DNA of 63,162 bases, filler included, from Trichomonas gallinae (taxonomy: Eukaryota): the NCBI GenBank assembly GCA_008369845.1. It is 9 parts of 9 records of this genome, joined end to end, with 100 filler letters (N's around TTAATTAATTAA, not from the genome) between each part and the next. Parts side by side here need not be neighbours in the genome. Positions count along the whole stretch, not along the records: positions 40,028 to 49,658 come from MRSU01001599.1; positions 49,759 to 54,111 come from MRSU01001600.1; positions 54,212 to 61,032 come from MRSU01001602.1; 6 more parts are not named here. One strand, 5' to 3'. The notes under the pieces are model-generated. The model ran no database searches. It had not been told where the DNA came from and saw only the letters and a list, made by a program, of their open reading frames with translations. This document shows, one piece after another, positions 45,901 to 56,594 of the stretch. The translations under genes and the position numbers were made by a program. Numbering within the stretch: position 1 is the stretch's first letter; every line of letters begins with the position of its first letter.

Positions 45901-47202
45901 TTGATTTCTGGTGATAAAAAAGCTGCACCAAAAGCATTTTACAGCGCAATTAATCTTTCACAAACACATGAATACATTCAGCCAGTTTATTTGTCGATGC
46001 CTCAGGCTTATATTGGTGATGTCAGTTTCCACATTTTCGATGAAATCAAGCAAAAATTAACTTCAGAAGTTGTTTCATCACTGAAAACTGACATTTCTAA
46101 GATTTTAACAAATCAATATCCGCTTCTTATTGGTTCACAGTACAAATATATCAATGTTGATGAGATTAATAAATCAATAAGAATGACTGATGAGCAAATT
46201 GAGCCAAAAGAAATCGAAATTCCTGAAAATTCGTCAGCAAAATCTCTTTACGATGAAATTTTAGATTTTACTGATTGTAATGTTGGAGAATTGATTGCAA
46301 TTGGTCTTAGCAGTATAATCAATGAGTATATTAACGTGATTAAATCGAATGAAAACAATTATACAAAGTCTGCACTTAAGTTTGCTTTCATCAATCTATT
46401 GGGAAAGTTTTCTCGTTCAAACTTTGTCAACCAAAAATCAAACTTGGATATTTGCTCATCTGTAAAAGCATTTTCTTATTATCTGAATAATGCAGCGTCA
46501 AAATGTGGCCCAGAATGGAAGAATTTCATTGATTTTGTTGACAAAAAAGTACAAAATATTAAAGATGATGAGTACAAAATCATTTCATCAACAAAATTCA
46601 TCAATGAAATCGGAAATGGAATAATGAGGATAAATGATAACGATCTAACCAAGTCCTACAATTCATTGATCAACCAGTTAAACAATCACAAAATTGATGA
46701 CATATTTGAGCAACTTGATAAACTTCAGGAAGAATTTAAAGAAAAATTGCCTGAAAATAGCGAAAGCATCATTAGGAAGATTTCAGAAATCACATTAGCA
46801 TTAACAAACCTTCCTGAAGGCTTCTATGAATGCGATTATCTATTAAATGAACAGCAGAAGAAATTAGGAAACATTATGTTACTATCAAATCTTATCTTAG
46901 ATGAGCCAATAAATTTATCGACATATGGACTAAGATTGCAGATTCGTGAAAAGAAAGTTTTCGAGTACATTGTATTCAAGAACCTTGTCAAGAATGCCGT
47001 TTCCATCATGAATGATAGCAAAGAAGATGCTAGTATGATAGACGAAGTAATGTCGTTGGCCATTTGCGCAGATATCATCGCGAAAAGTCGTTCAAGGAGA
47101 CAAGAATCAGCAATTTTCTTGCAAAACACTGCAAATCAAATTAAAAATACTGCTTGCAAGGAGTCATTGCTGAGATGTGCGGAATATGTCGATTGTTTTT
47201 AA
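42955..47202 (+). CDS. Large alpha-helical hypothetical protein
   Basis: 1415-aa uninterrupted ORF; no motif recognised. Confidence 0.85.
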   Translation: MNESRLNIQNLMDYVQVEYGAKPITFKNEPIKDASVDVTDIRSLIYFLSTRDLPQPDSPFSELRKIYIETIPFTEIKRQIDKQVNCLSALTGNPDGYKKLLIDNIPQFTLWNYMISDPFNVNLSKKDMNLQKTFFEKAMKDIKYQIDAIYELNKQKLMGGYSPTQSVQLLIGATSPFLQEIIYNIDESIENSSIQPYKKLILSAKSLFEEVANETTLAFVGSRDHFSQANYDLLYSIREKLYQFIFYSGHIDKLTNSGLSKSLSVFLYHIDNILYALTAIPRNKCNLIDVSTAALDLTRIIKEIIVGNELLPFIDTIHEAYRGGFMIQGTNQQLNELLDMISDDFEKRVVLHAFRYDPIKGYFLSVAMARLNTSVSKIDFDQGIFVPSDEAFDLEPFINDIKSIRNKVVNKEHNKLIDLKINEFEKYYINTSTTAKSIYPVTRESENAYNELPSVHRILNEIKITEEYTDIDEITELIQNSYNKIVKSFPSVDISKDKTIFFMCGERLNKTIYEINTKIRKSISDQSSNSLAEGVSFALECAANEIEGVYKKNNNYSKIYLKIREMNERYKHIKTRATMPSISIYADIMRDDIEFMSKRVDVDDYYRECFINKHFESATDLLSKFLSLIAMSQSDNLTDKSINKLLESSVTHLSKFYESFIIGEPYSTVFGIFVRKQRYLFNSINQKYITIHRGFANELIKHLSILQGALENSLSAVVLNKALFDSLSDCIIDVAKAKYVVSRLEFNYSNDENIIKALDEIKDLLGLILSASKGNQKYNEAMLKVQSELSMIYKRFSPTSPRDGTEITDTADSVSICISIITEQMKFRNHESYAKLDDLRKVFNKLLVVLKCNEIELEQVESIISKFIGTPLEKYIAIVSEKSSLSDEFIAQARKLLGDDRPTVSDVVELCDECLEKYHERNYGDILGPLFGYYCEDKEVIFQTVSLLNGSENDAVRGLFALNSLARQLNNEIPKKEDVLFYLISGDKKAAPKAFYSAINLSQTHEYIQPVYLSMPQAYIGDVSFHIFDEIKQKLTSEVVSSLKTDISKILTNQYPLLIGSQYKYINVDEINKSIRMTDEQIEPKEIEIPENSSAKSLYDEILDFTDCNVGELIAIGLSSIINEYINVIKSNENNYTKSALKFAFINLLGKFSRSNFVNQKSNLDICSSVKAFSYYLNNAASKCGPEWKNFIDFVDKKVQNIKDDEYKIISSTKFINEIGNGIMRINDNDLTKSYNSLINQLNNHKIDDIFEQLDKLQEEFKEKLPENSESIIRKISEITLALTNLPEGFYECDYLLNEQQKKLGNIMLLSNLILDEPINLSTYGLRLQIREKKVFEYIVFKNLVKNAVSIMNDSKEDASMIDEVMSLAICADIIAKSRSRRQESAIFLQNTANQIKNTACKESLLRCAEYVDCF

Positions 47203-47307
47203 TTAAAAATATACTATATTTGTTAGCTTAAATTTCATTTTTTCATTGTATATTTCCAAAATACTTAATAGATGTCAACGAAATTATCATAAATCAAACC
47301 AAATGAA

Positions 47308-47595
47308 GAATAAATGTCAACGCAAAAGATAATGACAACAAAACAGCATTGAGCTTAGCTTCGAAGAAAAGTCATCATGAAGTTGTCAAACTCCATCTGA
47401 CATTTCCTGGAATTGATGTCAATGCAAAAGATAATACCAATAGGACAATTTTTATGAAATTGTCAAACCTCTTCTCGAATTTCCTGGAATAAATATTTGC
47501 GCAAAAGTCAAAGTTAACAATACAGCTTTGATTCTTGCTTCAGAAGAAGGTCACCATGAAGTTGTCAATGCAAATGACAATGAAAACAAAACGAT
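47308..47595 (+). pseudogene. Ankyrin-repeat gene relic
   Basis: INVNAKDNDNKTALSLASKKSHHEVVKLHLTFPGIDVNAKD, then frameshifts/deletions, then NTALILASEEGHHEVV. Confidence 0.85.
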
Positions 47596-47729
47596 TTTGA
47601 GATTGGTAAACTCTTATATATTCTCAACAAATCTAAATATAAAAATGTTGATGAAATTTTTGTCATGTAAGATAATAAAATGACGCGTAAAATGGCAAAA
47701 TTTTCCTCGGCCAAAAAAATTAAAAAAAA

Positions 47730-49016
47730 ATGGAAGAAAGTTACACTGAATGTGTTTTATGTGCAGAGCCAATGGAGCAAAACGTTTTGCTGCCTTGTGA
47801 CCATTCCCCGATGTGCATGAAATGCTATTTAACTCTTCAGAAATGTTACAAGCAAAATCAATGTCCGATATGTCAGCACGAAATTACACCTGGGCCGATA
47901 ATTACACATAAATCTATATCAACAGACTACAACGAAGAAATAAAGAAAGACTTAACCTTCAATGAAGAATTAAAATTTTATTATTGTGAAGAAGATATTA
48001 AGCAAGAGATGGAATCATATCTCAAATATCAATGCCCAGAGTGTGGCGAATACTTCACAAATAAGAAACAGTTCCAAAATCATTTACGCGACCATAATTT
48101 AGTTATTTGCAATTCTTGTTCGCGCTCAGGAAGATTTTTGAATATCGATACACCAATATATAACAAAGCAGAAATCAAAATACACAACAAACAGCATCCT
48201 CACTGCTTAGTTTGCCCATTTATTGCATTCGATGCGCATGAATTAGGCGTCCACATGAATGATTGCCACTTAAGATGCAATTTATGCGCAAAACAAGACA
48301 AAATTTTGTGGTTTGCCACATTGGAAGACCTTCTTAAGCATAATAGAGAATATCATTATATTTGCGAACATGCTGATTGCATTAATCAGCCAAATAATGC
48401 ATATAATGATAGTCTAGAGCTCCAATTCCATCAATTGGCTGTTCACAAAACTAAGATTCCTTCAACAGTTGTTCCCACGAAGCAAATGGACTTCCAACAA
48501 GAGACAACGCAACAATTACGCAGAGAAGCAAACCAGCGTCACATGGAAGCTTGCAAACGCCTTGCTATTAAAGCAAATCAAGAATTTCACGGAAATAAAA
48601 GAAGAGTTGGAAACTTATTAACGAATATCGACAATTTAGACAACCGCAGTATATCACCAGAAGACTTCATGAAGAGTTATCACAAGATTTGCGGTAAACT
48701 TGCTGAGGTTTTGTTCTGCGACACAATGAGCGCTGTCGGTGATCCAGATATGCGCGCTGTTTTGATGCGGTTGATGGGTGGATACAGAACAGGAACAGAA
48801 GTAGTGATTGAGAAACCGGAAGATAATCCTGAACAAGATTTCCCAACACTTGGATCTGTATATGAAGTCCCCGAGAAGAAAGAAACTCCAAAACCTGCAC
48901 CAAAGAAGAATATAAAGATCAAAGGAAAAACATGGGATAAAATTAAGTTGGATCAACCGCAAAATGAACATAAACGCGGTGGATATAGCAGAGGCCGTGG
49001 TCGTGGAAGATTTTAA
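47730..49016 (+). CDS. ZNF598: ZNF598/Hel2-like RING and C2H2 E3 ligase (ribosome quality control)
   Basis: N-terminal C3HC4 RING (CVLC...PCDH..CMKC...CPIC), several C2H2 fingers (HPHCLVC, HLRCNLC, HYICEHADC), DFPTLG motif, RGG tail. Confidence 0.8.
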   Translation: MEESYTECVLCAEPMEQNVLLPCDHSPMCMKCYLTLQKCYKQNQCPICQHEITPGPIITHKSISTDYNEEIKKDLTFNEELKFYYCEEDIKQEMESYLKYQCPECGEYFTNKKQFQNHLRDHNLVICNSCSRSGRFLNIDTPIYNKAEIKIHNKQHPHCLVCPFIAFDAHELGVHMNDCHLRCNLCAKQDKILWFATLEDLLKHNREYHYICEHADCINQPNNAYNDSLELQFHQLAVHKTKIPSTVVPTKQMDFQQETTQQLRREANQRHMEACKRLAIKANQEFHGNKRRVGNLLTNIDNLDNRSISPEDFMKSYHKICGKLAEVLFCDTMSAVGDPDMRAVLMRLMGGYRTGTEVVIEKPEDNPEQDFPTLGSVYEVPEKKETPKPAPKKNIKIKGKTWDKIKLDQPQNEHKRGGYSRGRGRGRF

Positions 49017-49595
49017 TCATCTGAAATATGAATAAATTGTTTTGTATTTTGATTTTTTATATAAAATCTTAGTTTTTGGTGATTAGAAGAGAATTATATT
49101 AAAGTGTTTGTTCTTATCATTAATAAAGTCAATATATCTTATATAACTAATTTTCCAAAGATTTATTAATATTTAGGAGAAATGGATCTACTAGCTCGAA
49201 ATATAAAAATTGAAAATATATTTAAAAAAAAGAATCTATGTAATATAAAAAAACGATTGACAGCCAAGATAGAGAATTGAATATGATCAAGAAGAGCAAA
49301 GCAGATCAAATTTGCAAATAATTTTTAGTTAATATGCATTTGAGTAAATCATATCAATAGGATTGAATATACTTTGTTCACACGAAGATACTGGATGCAT
49401 GTAGTATAATCTTAAAAAAAAATTCGTTAGTTGACAAAAAAGTAAGTATAAAAAGTGACGAATTGGTCCAGTAAATTTAGCCGATTTTTGTGCAAATATT
49501 GGCTCATTTGTTTATAAAATATTCGAAAAATTGATTAAAATAAGGAATTAAAATTTAGAGTAAAATTTTGTAAAGTGGGCGAATTGAGAGCATTT

Positions 49596-49619
49596 TGCGG
49601 CTTGCCAGGTCCGTCCTTT
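49596..49619 (+). promoter_or_regulatory. Trichomonas M3 (TGCGGCTT) + M5 (CCTTT) core promoter
   Basis: M3-type Myb element at 49596-49603 and CCTTT at 49615-49619, immediately before the RPS16 ATG; this arrangement is known for trichomonad ribosomal-protein genes. Confidence 0.75.
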
Positions 49620-49621
49620 CT

Positions 49622-49658
49622 ATGAAGAGTGTCCAAGTTTTTGGCCGCAAGAAGACCG
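49622..49658 (+). CDS. RPS16: 40S ribosomal protein S16 (uS9), 5' fragment truncated by gap
   Basis: Translates MKSVQVFGRKKT, the conserved N-terminal motif of eukaryotic S16. Confidence 0.9.
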
Positions 49659-50353
49659 NNNNNNNNNNNNNNNNNNNNNNNNNNNNNNNNNNNNNNNNNN
49701 NNTTAATTAATTAANNNNNNNNNNNNNNNNNNNNNNNNNNNNNNNNNNNNNNNNNNNNAGCTAATGCTCGACTATGAGGCGTTAGGAAGCAAACAAGTAT
49801 AAAAATGTAAACTATTCAAACCTACCCCCTTAAAAAAAAAAAAAATTTAGGGGTACCCCTATACTTAAAGTGATGCATTTTGAAATGTTTACAATAATAA
49901 TCGACTCTTAAACTTAAAATAAAACTAAAATGTATCTTTTTTTTTTTTAAGAATATCATATTTTACCGATAATTGAGACTCTGTTTCATTGGTGTTAATT
50001 TTCGGGATAGTGTGATATAAATTATCCTGCATTCGATTATTTTTCATTCAGAATTTTCTGGTGGTAAAATATAATGTGTTAATCCCGATCTAAAATTGGT
50101 CAGGTATGTATTCCGAAAAAACATATCATTCATTGGTAATGTATAAAATTTAAGTTGAATTTGAGATATAGAATGGACTAATAATCGAATTAACATAAAA
50201 CATAAAAAATGAGGAAACCAAGTTACAATGATTCTCAAGAGTTTGATTAAAATATTCACAGAGCATTATAATGAACCTGTTTCCTAAGAAATTTGCAAAA
50301 GATCTTTTCAATTAAAATAAAAATATTGAACAGATATAAATACAAACAAATAT

Positions 50354-51592
50354 TTATAATGTCTCTATCATCAAATCATTTGGATCTTTAACTTCTATAG
50401 CTTTGAGATCAGCATCACAAAGATCTCTTTCACCGAGGGTTATCCACATTGCAGCTCTCATCCTCAATCTTCTGTCTGTTTTCTTGATCGCAATAGCTTT
50501 AGATATATCAATAATAGCGTCGTGAGTCTTGTACAAGTTTATCAAAGCGAAAGCTCGATGTTGAAGCATATCTGCGTCCTTTGGATTCTGTTCTAGGTAC
50601 TCGGTGGCTACAGCAGCAGCGGCCTTCCATTCTTTGTTTTGTATCAATGCCAAAACTTTATCAGTTGGATTTCCATTTGCCTGTTTAATTTTGAGGTTTT
50701 GCTTGGCCTTTGATTTCGACCTCGCTTTCGGCTTCTTGGACTGCGTTGTCTGGCTGTACTCAATAGATGATAATCCTTCACACACTGGGAGGAGTTGTGG
50801 TAAGTTTTCTCTAGCTTGCTGCGCGATTTTGAGCATTTCGCTTAATACTTGCGATTGTGGTTGATTTTTTGGACGACGGCATTTGATTATCAGCTTTTGC
50901 AGGTCGTAGCCGATACGAGGGAATATCTTAACTTTCTCTTTAAGAGCTTTGAATAGGTCTTTGTTATCAGGAAGAATAAGGTTAATTAAAGGTGTGTGAT
51001 AATCCTTAACTTCGCTTTCTGAGAGTGACCTTAATACTATCAGTTCATCAATTAAACGATAAAATTGTGGTAATTCATCATCTATGTAAAAACTTTTTTC
51101 GCATGCTTCAAAAAATATCATTTCATCGGACTCACTACCGAAGCAAATTGCTGCTAAAAGGCCGAGAAATGGAATCAATCCACTATCTGGTATTTTATTT
51201 ATTGCATCTAATGCAGCATCAATTGCAGCTTCATAATTTCTGAATCTTAAGTATGAGCATATTAATCTTATGGCATATTGGATTGATGTAACTGGTGAAG
51301 GAGGCAGATCTCTGTAACTTCTTGTTGCTAAAGATAATTTTAATTCCAAAAAATTAGTATCTATTGCAGAATTTTCTGGTGGTGAAATATAATGTGTTAA
51401 TCCCGATCTAATTTGATGTGATTTTATTGAATCAACTTGAAAATAATCTCGGCTGAGTTCTTTTAATGCTTTAATATTGCTAGCTGTCAAAGGAGGAGGG
51501 TTTGAACACGGACTAGCAGGAATATCCTTCCTTGACGGTGAATCAAGAGGCGTGTCCCATGAATGAAATGGTGAAGAAAACTGTGAAAGCAT
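50354..51592 (-). CDS. TPR-repeat protein
   Basis: NYEAAIDAALDAINKIP; WKAAAAVATEYLEQNPKDADMLQHRAFALINL...DAIIDISKAI. Confidence 0.8.
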   Translation of the reverse strand: MLSQFSSPFHSWDTPLDSPSRKDIPASPCSNPPPLTASNIKALKELSRDYFQVDSIKSHQIRSGLTHYISPPENSAIDTNFLELKLSLATRSYRDLPPSPVTSIQYAIRLICSYLRFRNYEAAIDAALDAINKIPDSGLIPFLGLLAAICFGSESDEMIFFEACEKSFYIDDELPQFYRLIDELIVLRSLSESEVKDYHTPLINLILPDNKDLFKALKEKVKIFPRIGYDLQKLIIKCRRPKNQPQSQVLSEMLKIAQQARENLPQLLPVCEGLSSIEYSQTTQSKKPKARSKSKAKQNLKIKQANGNPTDKVLALIQNKEWKAAAAVATEYLEQNPKDADMLQHRAFALINLYKTHDAIIDISKAIAIKKTDRRLRMRAAMWITLGERDLCDADLKAIEVKDPNDLMIETL

Positions 51593-52281
51593 ATTCTAAC
51601 TAAAAAAGGGGCCTAAAAAATTAATATGGTTTTTGACACGTAATTATAATTTTTGACATATGACATGTAAATCGTCGACTTTAATATGATAGAGTCAATC
51701 TCTCTGAGATATGACTCATATTTAGAATACAAGTAAGTATGTCAGCTATGATAAATTTTTCTCATCCAATTAGATCATCCTACATTCAATTATCATTGTT
51801 ACAAAGCATTATTCAAAATAATGTCAAATTTATCAGAAAACTTTTGACATTGCATCACAATTTTAAAATATGACACATAAAGTAGAAATAATTTGACATC
51901 GCATCATTTATTAAAACCAGTGCTATAAACACATCCTGCTCAATTACATGGCATATATTCGTATGTCAGAATTCTCTCATTCATGTATCAATTATTTGGA
52001 AAATGAATCAAAATGGAATTTGACACTTCAAAAATATATTTGCATACATAGAACAATCGTATGATAGTATTATTATAGATAATAGGCTAATATTACTCTC
52101 TATAAAGAGAGAAGAAAATGAATGAAATTTGCCATGTAAAACATTAATATGTGAAATATGACATGTAAATGATTGTGATCATCTGCCAAAACAGTAAATT
52201 TCGAAATGATATCATATATAGTTATAGAAAACAAGCATTTTATAATTTTTTTGACAATTGTCAGATTTGTAAAAAGTGAAG

Positions 52282-53682
52282 ATGAGTAACGTGAACGCTT
52301 CACCGCTTATTAGGAACGAATCCGATAGCTCGCATTCACATGAGAGTTCTCAGAAAATCCTCAGCGAGCCAAAGTGGACACTTAAACAAATTATTTACGT
52401 TTCAGTTTTCGCTGCAGCTGTTTTAATTAGCCTTTTGATTATTATCATCGCTGTTTCAATTAAAAATGTGAATGAAATGTCGTTTATTATGATTAACGAT
52501 ATCCACGTCGATCCGAAGTACCTCCCTTATTCGATTTCAGGAAATGGATCATTTTGCAGGAATCCAGACATGAACACAACAGTTAAACACCCATATGGAC
52601 AATATGTTTGCGATACACCAAATGAAACGTTCGAATCTCTTTGCAATTACCTTCCACAAGCCGAATCCAAGCCAGCTTTCATGATTTTCGGTGGTGACTC
52701 ACTTGGACATGCTCTTAATCCAACAAGAGAGGGAATTGCAGGCACAATTCAGTACATTCTCGATAAGATAACTGCAAAATATCCAAATATTCCAGTTCTC
52801 TTTACAATTGGCAACAACGATTTAATTCCAAACTACGGAAACTTTGGCAACGATACTCTTGACTTTGAATCTCTCGCCAATGTTTTTGCGAAATATATGA
52901 ATGAACAGCAAATTGCATCATTCAAGAAAGGTGGCTATTACTATCACGACATTCCATCCCAGAAGCTTCGTATTTTGTTACTTAACAACATCATTTACCA
53001 TTACAAGCATGGTAATTATGATCCATCCAACCCAGATCCATATGGCCAGTTCGCGTGGATGAAGAGTGTCACAGACGATGCCATCAAGCAAAAGATGAAA
53101 GTCGCCATTGTCATGCACACGCCAGTCGGTGTCGCACATGTTGACTATCAAGTGAATTTCCGCGACGAATACATGAAATCTTTCGCCGACACAATCAAAC
53201 CTTACAACTACGAATTCATCCTCGTCGGACACACACACAAGGACCAGTTCATTCCAGTCCACAAGGACCTCCCAAAGGTCTACACATTATGCGCACCAGC
53301 TGTTACACCTGCACACCTCAACAACCCAGGCTTCAGAGTTTATAAGCTTAGAGATGGATCACTTTACAACTACGTACAGTACTTCGCTGACATTTCATCA
53401 AATCCACAAGGAGAATTAACATGGGAGGTCGAGTACGATTTCAACTCATACTACGGAATGAAGGATGTATCCATGGACAGCATCTACAAAGTCGTCCAGC
53501 AGCTCACAGCTAACATCTCATACTTCTGGAAGTACAGGGAGGTTTTGTTCTCACGTGGAGGCACTGAACTTTCTTTCTACAAGTGCATCCTCAAAGCTGT
53601 CACAAAGGCAGAGGCTGATGCCTGCGTCAGCCAGCTCAACAAGATCAAAGAAGGACTCCAGGATGAAAGGTATTATCTTTAA
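52282..53682 (+). CDS. Acid sphingomyelinase-like phosphodiesterase (SMPDL3-like), type II membrane
   Basis: DIHVD, CDTP, GDSLGH, IGNND, MHTP, GHTHKD and NNPGFRVY motifs; N-terminal TM helix. ATG at 52282. Confidence 0.9.
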   Translation: MSNVNASPLIRNESDSSHSHESSQKILSEPKWTLKQIIYVSVFAAAVLISLLIIIIAVSIKNVNEMSFIMINDIHVDPKYLPYSISGNGSFCRNPDMNTTVKHPYGQYVCDTPNETFESLCNYLPQAESKPAFMIFGGDSLGHALNPTREGIAGTIQYILDKITAKYPNIPVLFTIGNNDLIPNYGNFGNDTLDFESLANVFAKYMNEQQIASFKKGGYYYHDIPSQKLRILLLNNIIYHYKHGNYDPSNPDPYGQFAWMKSVTDDAIKQKMKVAIVMHTPVGVAHVDYQVNFRDEYMKSFADTIKPYNYEFILVGHTHKDQFIPVHKDLPKVYTLCAPAVTPAHLNNPGFRVYKLRDGSLYNYVQYFADISSNPQGELTWEVEYDFNSYYGMKDVSMDSIYKVVQQLTANISYFWKYREVLFSRGGTELSFYKCILKAVTKAEADACVSQLNKIKEGLQDERYYL

Positions 53683-54007
53683 GAGGTTGATATTATATAA
53701 GCTAGATAAAGGTTATCTTATTATATCTTATTATTTATATTCACTCGTTTTTATATTTTGTACCATAGTTTTTATAGGAATAAAGGTTTTCAGGATTTAA
53801 TATAGTCATGATGTAATAATTCATTTGTTAATAATAAGCTTTCCTGTTTTTTATAGTTAATATATCAAAAGGTTTTTATTCTTGACACTACTTGTTGCTT
53901 CACTGTGTTGTTATCTTCTTCTTAGCTTCCTTATAAGCCATTCAGGTTCTTTAGATCGAGTTTCCTCTAAAATCAATAATGCAACAACATTCATCACAAT
54001 AGCAATA

Positions 54008-54111
54008 TAGTCGCGGGATAAATAGGCAAATGCGGGAAAAATAGGCAAACGCTATTTTGAAAGGATTTTATTTTAGGTTATATAGGATCTATATAACATT
54101 CTAATGCTATA
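54008..54111. mobile_element. Probable DNA-transposon terminus running into gap
   Basis: TA-TAGTC followed by tandem 18-mers GCGGGA(T/A)AAATAGGCAAA (54013-54030 and 54032-54049); the contig ends ~60 bp later. Confidence 0.45.
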
Positions 54112-54211
54112 NNNNNNNNNNNNNNNNNNNNNNNNNNNNNNNNNNNNNNNNNNNNTTAATTAATTAANNNNNNNNNNNNNNNNNNNNNNNNNNNNNNNNN
54201 NNNNNNNNNNN

Positions 54212-54303
54212 ATTCCCCTATGCCATATGTATCCAACAGGCATGGTTTCGAGGCGATCTGAAAAGGTGGAGGGAGTTCCCCCCCTTTTATTGTGCTTGGT
54301 CAT
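54212..54303 (-). CDS. 5' fragment of an unknown gene truncated by gap
   Basis: Translates MTKHNKRGGTPSTFSDRLETMPVGYIWHRG, open into the gap; TGTCATGTAAA motif upstream (~54358). Confidence 0.5.
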
Positions 54304-54647
54304 TTTAATAACTGTAATATGGAAATATTTCAATGATTTCGGTTTAAAATTAATATTTGTCATGTAAAATTAATTTACTCGACATATTTCAATACCAATG
54401 CTGAATAATCCATTCCTAAGATTCATTACGAAAAATATATCAATCTTCGTATGATAACTAGTAATCCGAATAATTTTGAACAATTGAATTTTCAAATATC
54501 AATACCGTATAGCATTATATACGTATAGGTATATGATGAATTAATACTATACATATATTTCTCATATTTTTTTCTTCATTGCTTCATTTTTTATCCTATA
54601 GATCAATGATGTTATGTACATTCTATAAATTTATATATCAAAACAAT

Positions 54648-55601
54648 TTAAAAATTAAACAAAACACCAAGAATTAATACGAATAAATACAAAGGTACAG
54701 TTAAGAACATGAATGTGTTAGAGTCTGAATTAGAAATGACAAATAGTGCTCCCAAATGATAAAATACGCGCGAAACTTCTATACAAAGAGTCAAATCGGC
54801 CCCTTGAGAAGTAATAGGTTTGACTCTAAATATCAAGGCTGACATGAACAAAGTTGAGTATAATAACTTTGTGACAGGATGATGATTTGAGAAAAAGCAT
54901 GCAAGCGAGATAATAAACATTTTCGATCGTAAGCCTGGAAATACGAATAAAATCTTCCTGAGAGGATAAATTTCTTTCGAAATTTTTGGAGCTGAGGTTA
55001 TTTTTAATTCTATAATAAATGCGATTATAAATGATACAACAAATGATACAAATGTCTGTATGGCGTCAATAAATAGCTTTAGATTAGGGGTGCTAATATT
55101 ATGTGTTCTGAGCCAGAAAAACAGGTAGGAAAAGAATGATAATAGTGCCAACGGATATAATTCTGGTACAATAAGTATACAACCAGCAACAGATACACCT
55201 GAAACAATATTACAAATTAATTTAATAAATATTGATGAACAATTAACGGATATTGTAACAACGAAGAAATTAAATGATATGAAAGCGTATATTGGATCGA
55301 ACGAAGGAGTTGGAATAACGAAGTCGAACAATAACAACAAAATTGCAACTACAGACTTTCCTTTCAATAATAGTGCTGACCAAAATGCAAAAAGCGCGCC
55401 TAGAATATGTAGTGTTTGAATAAAAAATTGATTTGGAAACATCAAATTAAAGAGTTCGTTGTTTCTTAGCCACGGATCATATAGCATCTGTATATTTGTC
55501 GTTAAATACTGTCTAGCATATATAGAGAGCGCTAAAGTTAAACTGAAAATTATTGTTCTTAGCATTCTCTTATATGTCAGAAATTGCCATTTACACGTCA
55601 A
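54648..55601 (-). CDS. Multi-pass membrane hypothetical protein
   Basis: 317-aa ORF with about 8-9 hydrophobic helices; true start may be MLRTIIF. Confidence 0.75.
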   Translation of the reverse strand: MTCKWQFLTYKRMLRTIIFSLTLALSIYARQYLTTNIQMLYDPWLRNNELFNLMFPNQFFIQTLHILGALFAFWSALLLKGKSVVAILLLLFDFVIPTPSFDPIYAFISFNFFVVTISVNCSSIFIKLICNIVSGVSVAGCILIVPELYPLALLSFFSYLFFWLRTHNISTPNLKLFIDAIQTFVSFVVSFIIAFIIELKITSAPKISKEIYPLRKILFVFPGLRSKMFIISLACFFSNHHPVTKLLYSTLFMSALIFRVKPITSQGADLTLCIEVSRVFYHLGALFVISNSDSNTFMFLTVPLYLFVLILGVLFNF

Positions 55602-56015
55602 AAATATATATTACAGCTGTGAATTTTTCTCATTCATAATCTTATACACTATCTTATTACATTCATAAGCTTATACACTATCTTATTCTATTTGTTAATT
55701 CCCTTTTACTATATAAACAATACATATAATTTGTTTTTTTTTTTATACAGGCAGTGATTTTATCGGTGGGGTGCGTATTTAACCATAAAGCAAATAAATG
55801 AAGGCAAATATGCATTGCATTAATACGATATAGGTGTAATCGAGGTTATTTTTGTTTATTTATTGCTCTGGAATTAAAATTTGCATTCAATTAATACTAT
55901 ATATGAGTAATCGAGATTATTGATGTTTAGAGGAAGCATAACATAAGCAAATTTTGCAAAATTATATTTTTCAACTTTTGATTAAAAACAAAGTATGTAG
56001 TAATTTAACAATGAT

Positions 56016-56507
56016 TTAGTCGTTCTTTTCATGCTCTGGAACAGGATTTGTGATCCAGATGTAAATTAAAATCAATGAAACAATCATTCCAGCAAAGAGG
56101 GCAGCGAATTTTCTTCCAACTGTCCAGAATATTTTAGGCTCGCCTTGACCTTCAAAGTGGAAATCGAGATATGTTTCGTAATTATAGTTTTTAATACCGA
56201 AGTTCATGAAACCATAATCATTGTATACTTGGACTTGAACTTTGTTAATTTTATTGGCTTTGGCGTCAATAACGAAAATATCATCTTCGTCTGGGCAGTC
56301 AGATGACCTGGCTTGATATACTGTAACATCATGCGTTGGCTTTAAAACCAAAAATATTTGTCTAGTGTTAGTTTTAGAATTTGAAGTCATAAAATAGTAC
56401 CATTCATTTGGTGCAATTGTTGTATTGACATCTTGGTTGAAATAGTACTGTGTTCCAAGTGGGCATTGTACCGCTGAAGCAATAGAGTGAATTAAAATAG
56501 CAAACAT
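56016..56507 (-). CDS. Small type I membrane protein with C-terminal KxD motif
   Basis: Signal peptide, beta-rich lumenal domain with 2 Cys, TM helix, tail ...EHEKND*. Confidence 0.8.
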   Translation of the reverse strand: MFAILIHSIASAVQCPLGTQYYFNQDVNTTIAPNEWYYFMTSNSKTNTRQIFLVLKPTHDVTVYQARSSDCPDEDDIFVIDAKANKINKVQVQVYNDYGFMNFGIKNYNYETYLDFHFEGQGEPKIFWTVGRKFAALFAGMIVSLILIYIWITNPVPEHEKND

Positions 56508-56594
56508 ATGAGTTTACAATTGTCACGTTTTGATCAAATGTATTTTGACGCGACTACTTTTTTGAAAATTTACGTGTCAAAAATAAAAGTGACA

